From assembly GCA_047285305.1 (NCBI GenBank), contig JBJBDL010000003.1, forward strand, positions 1,696,001 to 1,760,000: 64,000 nt of DNA. The letters are read 5' to 3'. Under the pieces are notes generated by a model, which worked only from the letters and a program-made list of their open reading frames with translations, was not told where the DNA came from and did no database searches. Made by a program: the position numbers and the translations under genes. The stretch comes from Synechococcus sp. (GTDB taxonomy: Bacteria; Cyanobacteriota; Cyanobacteriia; PCC-6307; Cyanobiaceae). Positions 57,931-64,000 of the stretch are shown here, one piece after another (position 1 is the stretch's first letter; each line of letters begins with the position of its first letter).

Positions 57931-60470
57931 CAGACGCTGGCACCGGCGAGTTGCGGTGCCGTGTCCACCTGACCTTTGTGGCGGACCACCACCTTCTTGT
58001 TCTCATCGACATCGACTTCGGCGTGATCGCCGTCCTTGATCCGACCCGACAGCACCTCTTCGGCGAGCGAATCCTCGAGAAGGCGCATTACGGCCCGACG
58101 CAGCGGACGTGCGCCGTAGGCAGGGTTGTAGCCCTCCTCCACCAAGCGCTCCTTGAACGCATCGGACACGGTAAGGGTGATGCCCTTCTCGCCCATGCGG
58201 CCAAAGACCTCCTTGAGCATGATCTCGGCGATCTGCTTGACCTCGTCGCGGTTGAGCTGACGGAAAACAATGATCTCGTCGAGACGGTTGAGGAATTCAG
58301 GGCGGAAGTACTGCTTGAGCTCCTCATTCACCAGGGAACGGATCCGGGTGTACTGAGAATCCTCAGCGCTCTCACCGGAGAATTCGAAGCCGAGGCCGCC
58401 GCCACCCTTCTCGATCACCTTCGAACCAATGTTCGAGGTCATGATGATCAGGGTGTTCTTGAAGTCGACCGTGCGGCCCTTGGAATCGGTCAGACGACCG
58501 TCTTCCAGGAGCTGCAGCAGCAGGTTGAACACGTCGGGGTGCGCCTTTTCAATTTCGTCAAAGAGCACCACGGTGTAAGGCCGACGACGCACCGCCTCGG
58601 TGAGCTGACCGCCTTCGTTGAAGCCCACATAGCCCGGAGGCGAACCGATCAGCTTGCTGACCGTGTGGCGCTCCATGAATTCCGACATGTCGAGGCGGAT
58701 CATCGCCTCCTCGCTGCCGAAGAAGTAGGTGGCTAGAGCTTTGGTGAGCTCGGTCTTACCCACACCGGTGGGGCCGGAGAAGATGAAGCTGGCGATCGGG
58801 CGGTTCGGGTTCTTCAAGCCGACCCGAGCACGGCGGATGGCCTTGGACACCGCCTTGACGGCTTCGTCCTGACCAATCAGACGCTTGTGAAGCGTTTCCT
58901 CCATGTTGAGCAGCTTGACCGATTCACTCTCGGTGAGCTTCTGCACCGGAACACCGGTCCAGGAGGCAACGATCTGGGCGATGTCCTCTTCGTTCACCAT
59001 CGGTGAGCTGTCTGGAGCAGGCGCTTCATTTACAGCTGTTTCACCGGATTCAGAGGTTGCGTCAGCCTTGACCTCGTCCTTGTTGGCCTGAAGCAGAGAA
59101 CGGATCTGCTCCCGCAGTTCCACTTCCTTCTCGCGCAGTTCACCGGCCTTGGTGAAGTCCTGATCGCGGACGGCATCCTCCTTTTCCTTCTGGACGGAAC
59201 GCAGTTCCTTGTCCACTTCCTTAGCTGCAGGGGGCAGCTTGGAATTGAGCAAACGCACGCGGGAACCGGCTTCATCGATCAGGTCGATGGCCTTGTCGGG
59301 CAGGAAGCGATCCGAGATATAGCGATCGCCGAGAGTGGCGGCCGCCACAAGGGCGTCGTCGGTGATCTTGAGGCGGTGGTGCTGTTCGTAACGCTCGCGC
59401 AGGCCCCGAAGAATTTCGATGGTGTCGTCGATGGACGGCTCACCCACATTCACCGGCTGGAAACGGCGCTCCAGGGCGGCATCCCGTTCGATGTGCTTGC
59501 GGTACTCGTCCAAGGTGGTGGCACCGATGCACTGCAGCTCACCGCGGGCGAGGGCAGGCTTGAGGATATTGGCGGCGTCAATCGCCCCCTCTGCAGCTCC
59601 GGCACCGATCAGGGTGTGGACCTCGTCGATCACGAGGATCACGTTTCCGGCAGCCTTGATCTCCTCCATGATCTTCTTGAGGCGCTCTTCGAACTCACCT
59701 CGGTACTTGGTGCCGGCCACCAACAAACCGATATCTAGGGTCAGAACGCGCTTGTCTTCAAGGATGTCGGGAATGTCGCCCTGCTGAATGCGCTGGGCAA
59801 GGTCCTCAGCGATGGCTGTCTTACCGACACCGGGCTCGCCGATCAACACAGGGTTGTTCTTGGTACGGCGGCCCAGGATCTGGATGACGCGGTCGATTTC
59901 GTTGTGACGCCCCACCACCGGGTCGAGCTTCGCTTCTGTGGCGAGCTGGGTGAGGTTGTTACCGAACTCGTCGAGGGTGGGAGTTTTGGTGGATCCCTTG
60001 GCACCACCGCCACCGCCACCGGCGGAGACCTCAGCGGTCTCACCCAGCATGCGGATCACTTGCGTGCGCACCTTGGCCAGATCGACACCGAGGTTCTCCA
60101 GCACGCGGGCAGCAACACCTTCACCCTCACGGATCAGACCGAGCAGCAGGTGTTCTGTGCCGATGTAGTTGTGACCAAGCTGGCGGGCCTCTTCCAGAGA
60201 CAGCTCAAGAACACGCTTTGCACGGGGAGTAAAGGGGATCTCAACTGCGACAAAGCCTGATCCACGGCCGATGATTTTCTCAACTTCAACCCGGGCATCC
60301 TTGAGGTTGACCCCCATGGACTTGAGGACCTTGGCGGCAACCCCCGTTCCCTCGCCGATCAGGCCGAGGAGGATTTGTTCGGTACCAACGAAGTTGTGAC
60401 CAAGTCTGCGAGCCTCTTCCTGGGCCAGCATGATCACCTTGATGGCCTTCTCGGTGAAGCGTTCAAACAT
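57930..60470 (-). CDS. clpC: ATP-dependent Clp protease ATP-binding subunit ClpC
   Basis: [32 protein letters not shown]; two AAA+ modules; LGF loop. Confidence 0.98.
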   Translation of the reverse strand: MFERFTEKAIKVIMLAQEEARRLGHNFVGTEQILLGLIGEGTGVAAKVLKSMGVNLKDARVEVEKIIGRGSGFVAVEIPFTPRAKRVLELSLEEARQLGHNYIGTEHLLLGLIREGEGVAARVLENLGVDLAKVRTQVIRMLGETAEVSAGGGGGGAKGSTKTPTLDEFGNNLTQLATEAKLDPVVGRHNEIDRVIQILGRRTKNNPVLIGEPGVGKTAIAEDLAQRIQQGDIPDILEDKRVLTLDIGLLVAGTKYRGEFEERLKKIMEEIKAAGNVILVIDEVHTLIGAGAAEGAIDAANILKPALARGELQCIGATTLDEYRKHIERDAALERRFQPVNVGEPSIDDTIEILRGLRERYEQHHRLKITDDALVAAATLGDRYISDRFLPDKAIDLIDEAGSRVRLLNSKLPPAAKEVDKELRSVQKEKEDAVRDQDFTKAGELREKEVELREQIRSLLQANKDEVKADATSESGETAVNEAPAPDSSPMVNEEDIAQIVASWTGVPVQKLTESESVKLLNMEETLHKRLIGQDEAVKAVSKAIRRARVGLKNPNRPIASFIFSGPTGVGKTELTKALATYFFGSEEAMIRLDMSEFMERHTVSKLIGSPPGYVGFNEGGQLTEAVRRRPYTVVLFDEIEKAHPDVFNLLLQLLEDGRLTDSKGRTVDFKNTLIIMTSNIGSKVIEKGGGGLGFEFSGESAEDSQYTRIRSLVNEELKQYFRPEFLNRLDEIIVFRQLNRDEVKQIAEIMLKEVFGRMGEKGITLTVSDAFKERLVEEGYNPAYGARPLRRAVMRLLEDSLAEEVLSGRIKDGDHAEVDVDENKKVVVRHKGQVDTAPQLAGASV

Positions 60471-60646
60471 CGCTGGGCCAGTGCAGTGATGTGACCAAGC
60501 TATCAGGGTTGTGGGACCGCTGCGAGTGTTCGGTTAGTTCGGTCACTTTCCAGTCTGAGACTGGCCTGAAGCGCACAAAAAATAACAATGAATCCAACAA
60601 GATTCACCGTTTTTTTTGTCTCCCAGGGACGGGAAACCGAACAACT

Positions 60647-61189
60647 TCAAGCCGCCGACGTGGGCGACGGCGCTGACGGGATGCGACACCACTGAATGAG
60701 GGCGTCGCGACCATCGGAGTAGTACCCGGAACGGGTGCCTGCGGTGCGAAAACCGGCTTTGGCATAAAGCGCCAGAGCGGGAACGTTGTCGCTGGCCACC
60801 TCGAGAGTGGCGTGCACGGCACCGTGCTGTCGTGCCCGTTGCAACAGTGCTTTCAAAAGCACACCTCCATGGCCGCTGCGACGCCTGTCGGGATCCACAG
60901 CCACCGCAGTGATGTGCAGTTCATCGGCCACCATCCAGCCGCAGGCCACCCCCAACAAGGCATCGGCCTGCAAAAGACCAATGCAGAGGCGCCGGGGGTC
61001 ATCCAGCTCACGCCGCCATTGCTCTGCGGTCCAGAGGCCGTTGAGCGCCCGTTGATCCAGTGCCAGACAGGCTTGCTGCCAGGACGGGTCAAGACGCAAG
61101 ATCTGCGCTGTCGGTCCGCCCTCTGCAGGGTCGATTCCTAGATTGCCCTTTGACGCCGCCACTCCGTGACCCAAACCATCACCAGTCAA
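60647..61189 (-). CDS. rimI: Ribosomal-protein-alanine N-acetyltransferase (RimI-like)
   Basis: ELHITAVAV.P..RRSG.G, TLEV..DN..A.ALY...GF...G.R..YY; start uncertain. Confidence 0.8.
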   Translation of the reverse strand: MTGDGLGHGVAASKGNLGIDPAEGGPTAQILRLDPSWQQACLALDQRALNGLWTAEQWRRELDDPRRLCIGLLQADALLGVACGWMVADELHITAVAVDPDRRRSGHGGVLLKALLQRARQHGAVHATLEVASDNVPALALYAKAGFRTAGTRSGYYSDGRDALIQWCRIPSAPSPTSAA

Positions 61190-62545
61190 CGGCCCTTCGA
61201 GGCCAACCGGGATGCGGAGAGCCCCAATCGCAACCTGACCCCAATCACCACAGAACTCGACAGCACCGACCGTCTTGTTGTGGGCGGGTGTCGTCTCAGC
61301 GACCTGGCCGAGCGTTACGGCACACCGTTATATGTGGTGGACGAAGCCACCGTTCGGGCCACGTGCCGGGCCTACCGCCAGGCCCTGGAAAAGCATTACG
61401 TAGGGCCATCCCTGCCGATCTACGCCTCCAAGGCCAACAGCTCCCTGGTGATGAGCAGCCTTGCGGCCTCTGAGGGGCTGGGTCTGGATGCGGTGTCAGC
61501 CGGTGAACTGCTGACCGCACTGCGTGGGGGAATGCCCGGGGAGCGGATGGTCCTGCACGGCAACAACAAATCCGACGAGGAGCTGCTGCTCGCCTACGCC
61601 AACAAGGTGACGATCGTTGTGGACAACCAGCACGATCTCGATCGCCTCGCCGAACTGGTGCCCGCTGGAGCCGAACCGGCGCGCCTGATGCTGCGCTTCA
61701 CCCCCGGCATCGAGTGCCACACGCACGAATACATCCGCACTGGCCACCTGGACAGCAAGTTCGGCTTCGATCCCGACCAGGTGGAACCCGTGCTCCGCAG
61801 CCTGGTTGGGAAGCCCTGGGCCCAACTCAACGGGCTGCACGCCCACATCGGATCCCAGATTTTTGAACTCGAGCCCCACCGGGATCTGGCGGCAGTGATG
61901 GCCGACAAGCTGAAGCTGGCCCGTGACCTGGGCCATCCCGTTAGCGACCTCAATGTGGGCGGTGGCCTGGGCATTCGCTACGTGGAGTCGGACGACCCCC
62001 CGAGCATTGAGCAGTGGATCCAGGTGGTGGCCGAAGCCGTTACCAGCGCTTGTCATGAACGGGGCCTCGAGCTGCCGCGGTTGATGTGCGAACCGGGCCG
62101 TTCCCTGGTGGCGACCGCCGGTGTGACCTTGTACTCGGTGGGCTCGCGCAAAACGATCCCAAACGTGCGCACCTACGTGGCCATCGACGGTGGCATGAGC
62201 GACAACCCTCGCCCGATCACCTACCAGTCGCTCTACACCTGCTGCCTGGCCGATCGCCCCCTGGCCAAGCCAGACGAAAGCGTGAACCTGGTAGGCAAGC
62301 ACTGCGAATCCGGCGACGTGCTTCTTAAGGACCTGCCCCTGCCCACCACGGAAAGCGGTGACATCGTCGCCGTGTTTGCTACCGGTGCCTACAACGCCTC
62401 GATGAGTTCGAACTACAACCGGATCCCGAGGCCCGCTGCCGTTCTGGTGCACGACGGAGCAGCTGAACTGGTGCAGAAGCGGGAGCAGCCGGATGACCTG
62501 CTGCGCTACGACGTTTTGCCAGAACGATTCAACGCGTTACGTTGA
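61166..62545 (+). CDS. lysA: Diaminopimelate decarboxylase
   Basis: YGTPLY, YASKA, SKFG, HIGSQI, EPGRS, CESGD, GAYNASMSSNYN. Confidence 0.97.
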   Translation: MTQTITSQRPFEANRDAESPNRNLTPITTELDSTDRLVVGGCRLSDLAERYGTPLYVVDEATVRATCRAYRQALEKHYVGPSLPIYASKANSSLVMSSLAASEGLGLDAVSAGELLTALRGGMPGERMVLHGNNKSDEELLLAYANKVTIVVDNQHDLDRLAELVPAGAEPARLMLRFTPGIECHTHEYIRTGHLDSKFGFDPDQVEPVLRSLVGKPWAQLNGLHAHIGSQIFELEPHRDLAAVMADKLKLARDLGHPVSDLNVGGGLGIRYVESDDPPSIEQWIQVVAEAVTSACHERGLELPRLMCEPGRSLVATAGVTLYSVGSRKTIPNVRTYVAIDGGMSDNPRPITYQSLYTCCLADRPLAKPDESVNLVGKHCESGDVLLKDLPLPTTESGDIVAVFATGAYNASMSSNYNRIPRPAAVLVHDGAAELVQKREQPDDLLRYDVLPERFNALR

Positions 62546-62567
62546 CTGCAGTGATGAGAAGGGCGGA

Positions 62568-63398
62568 GTGAACGTGTTGGCGGTGGTGGATCCGCGCCTG
62601 GTGCTCGACGTTCTCTTTGCCTCTTCCATCGGCTTTCTGCTTTTTTCCCGCGTCAACGAGCAGCGGACCCTCTGGCTGCTTCGGGGTTGGTTATTTCTTG
62701 TGGCGATGGCCTGGTTCGTCCAGCGCTTCGCCAACCTGCCCCTCACCACAAAGCTGGTGGACGCGCTCGTCATGGCCTGTTCGCTCTCCCTGGCCATCCT
62801 TTGGCAGGGGGAGCTCCGGCGCCTGATGGAGCTGCTGGGGACCGGTCGTCTGGCCGTGTTGCTGGGCAATCCCCAGAAAGAGTTCAGCGCCTCGGCAGGC
62901 ACCGTCAGCCAGATCACCGAGGCCGCGGGCCGGCTGTCGCAGTTGCGGCGTGGAGCCTTGATCGTGGTGGACCTGGGGAGCGACCTGAGGCCTGAGGACT
63001 TTCTCAATCCCGGCATCCCCATTGGTGCGGTGCTGAGTCGCGAGCTGATGCTCAACCTGTTCGCCGCCGACACCCCCCTTCACGACGGTGCCGTGCTGGT
63101 GCGGGGCAATCGAATCGAATCGGCGGGAGTGATTCTTCCCCTCTCCAGGGACAGCGTGAGCCGTTTCGGCACCCGCCATCTGGCGGCCCTCGGGATCACC
63201 GAACGCTTCGATCGCTGCATCTGCATTGTTGTGTCGGAAGAAACCGGCACGCTGTCTCTGGCGAACCAGGGCAAGCTGGAACGACCGATCACCAGTTCGC
63301 GCCTCCAGGAATTGCTCAGGGAGCTGTTCAGCAGCGCCGAATCGATGCCGCCAGCGCGACGTACGGTGGGTAGCGCTCCGTCCGAATCGCTGTCTTGA
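62568..63398 (+). CDS. cdaA: Diadenylate cyclase CdaA
   Basis: Three TMs, [22 protein letters not shown]. Confidence 0.92.
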   Translation: MNVLAVVDPRLVLDVLFASSIGFLLFSRVNEQRTLWLLRGWLFLVAMAWFVQRFANLPLTTKLVDALVMACSLSLAILWQGELRRLMELLGTGRLAVLLGNPQKEFSASAGTVSQITEAAGRLSQLRRGALIVVDLGSDLRPEDFLNPGIPIGAVLSRELMLNLFAADTPLHDGAVLVRGNRIESAGVILPLSRDSVSRFGTRHLAALGITERFDRCICIVVSEETGTLSLANQGKLERPITSSRLQELLRELFSSAESMPPARRTVGSAPSESLS

Positions 63399-64000
63399 GC
63401 CGCTCTCCGGCCACCAGCACTGACACGGCCGATCGTTCGCTTCTGCCTGCGGACCTCGACCCGGGTCGGCTCCCGCAGCACGTGGCTCTGATCATGGATG
63501 GCAACGGTCGCTGGGCGAAATCCCGCGGTTTGCCCCGCGTAATGGGGCATCGTGCCGGGGTTGAAGCGCTGAAAGCCACCCTGCGACTATGCAGCGACTG
63601 GGGGATCCACGCCCTTACGGCCTATGCCTTCTCCACGGAGAATTGGTCGCGCCCAGGGGAGGAAGTGAACTTCCTGATGACCCTGTTCGAACGGGTGTTG
63701 CAAGCCGAACTACAGGCCCTAGAAGCCGAACAGGTGCGGATTCGCTTTCTCGGCGATCTGAAAGCCCTGCCCCAGAAACTGCAGGATCTGATTGCCGACG
63801 CCACCGCCCGGACGGCGTGCAACAACGGCATTCACTTCAACGTCTGCACCAACTACGGCGGACGACGGGAGCTGGTGCAAGCCGCTCAGCGTCTGGCCCA
63901 ACGCGCTGCTGCCGGGGAACTGGACCCCGACAGCATCGACGAGAACAGCATCGCCGCCGAACTGTTCACGGCTGGCGAACAGGATCCCGATCTGTTGATC
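63395..64000 (+). CDS. uppS: Isoprenyl (undecaprenyl diphosphate synthase) transferase, runs off the window
   Basis: Hand translation: [41 protein letters not shown]. Confidence 0.95.
   Translation, partial: MSRSPATSTDTADRSLLPADLDPGRLPQHVALIMDGNGRWAKSRGLPRVMGHRAGVEALKATLRLCSDWGIHALTAYAFSTENWSRPGEEVNFLMTLFERVLQAELQALEAEQVRIRFLGDLKALPQKLQDLIADATARTACNNGIHFNVCTNYGGRRELVQAAQRLAQRAAAGELDPDSIDENSIAAELFTAGEQDPDLLI

Noticed and set aside
59800..59806. ClpC reads AIAEDLAQ rather than the usual AIAEGLAQ after Walker A
   Set aside because: Single substitution; could be polymorphism or a base-calling error, and function cannot be judged
1..64000. Integrase, transposase, tRNA, prophage or anti-phage defence genes
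   Set aside because: None recognised; cdaA is the housekeeping lysA-cdaA-uppS copy, not a defence cyclase

Overview
The window looks like a marine Synechococcus (sub-cluster 5.1-type) chromosome segment; this is inferred from gene content (isiA/pcb, som-type porins, dvr, GC-rich core genes) and not from a database search. About 5-40 kb is a composite trace-metal region. It holds a COG0523-like GTPase with two phosphoesterase-fold genes and a metallothionein. An AT-richer iron-stress island follows (Crp regulators, porin, piuC, futA/idiA, ferritin, ferredoxin, isiC-like hydrolase, flavin thioredoxin reductase, isiB, a second rpmG, isiA). Next come a cobalamin-riboswitch-controlled hupE/ureJ followed by a second porin, and a Zur-box-controlled znuABC-like ABC transporter with a His-rich beta-barrel protein. 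About 41-64 kb is ordinary core genome (prs, dvr, malQ, phoBR, cdsA, gldA, clpC, lysA, cdaA, uppS) with a disrupted LCP gene. The most unusual signal is a ~1.6-kb gene-poor stretch (19.4-21.0 kb) behind three tandem Fur-type boxes. It carries two intact and one or two decayed copies of a ~100-nt three-hairpin element that looks like an unannotated small-RNA family. All family assignments are by eye from motifs; no searches were run.
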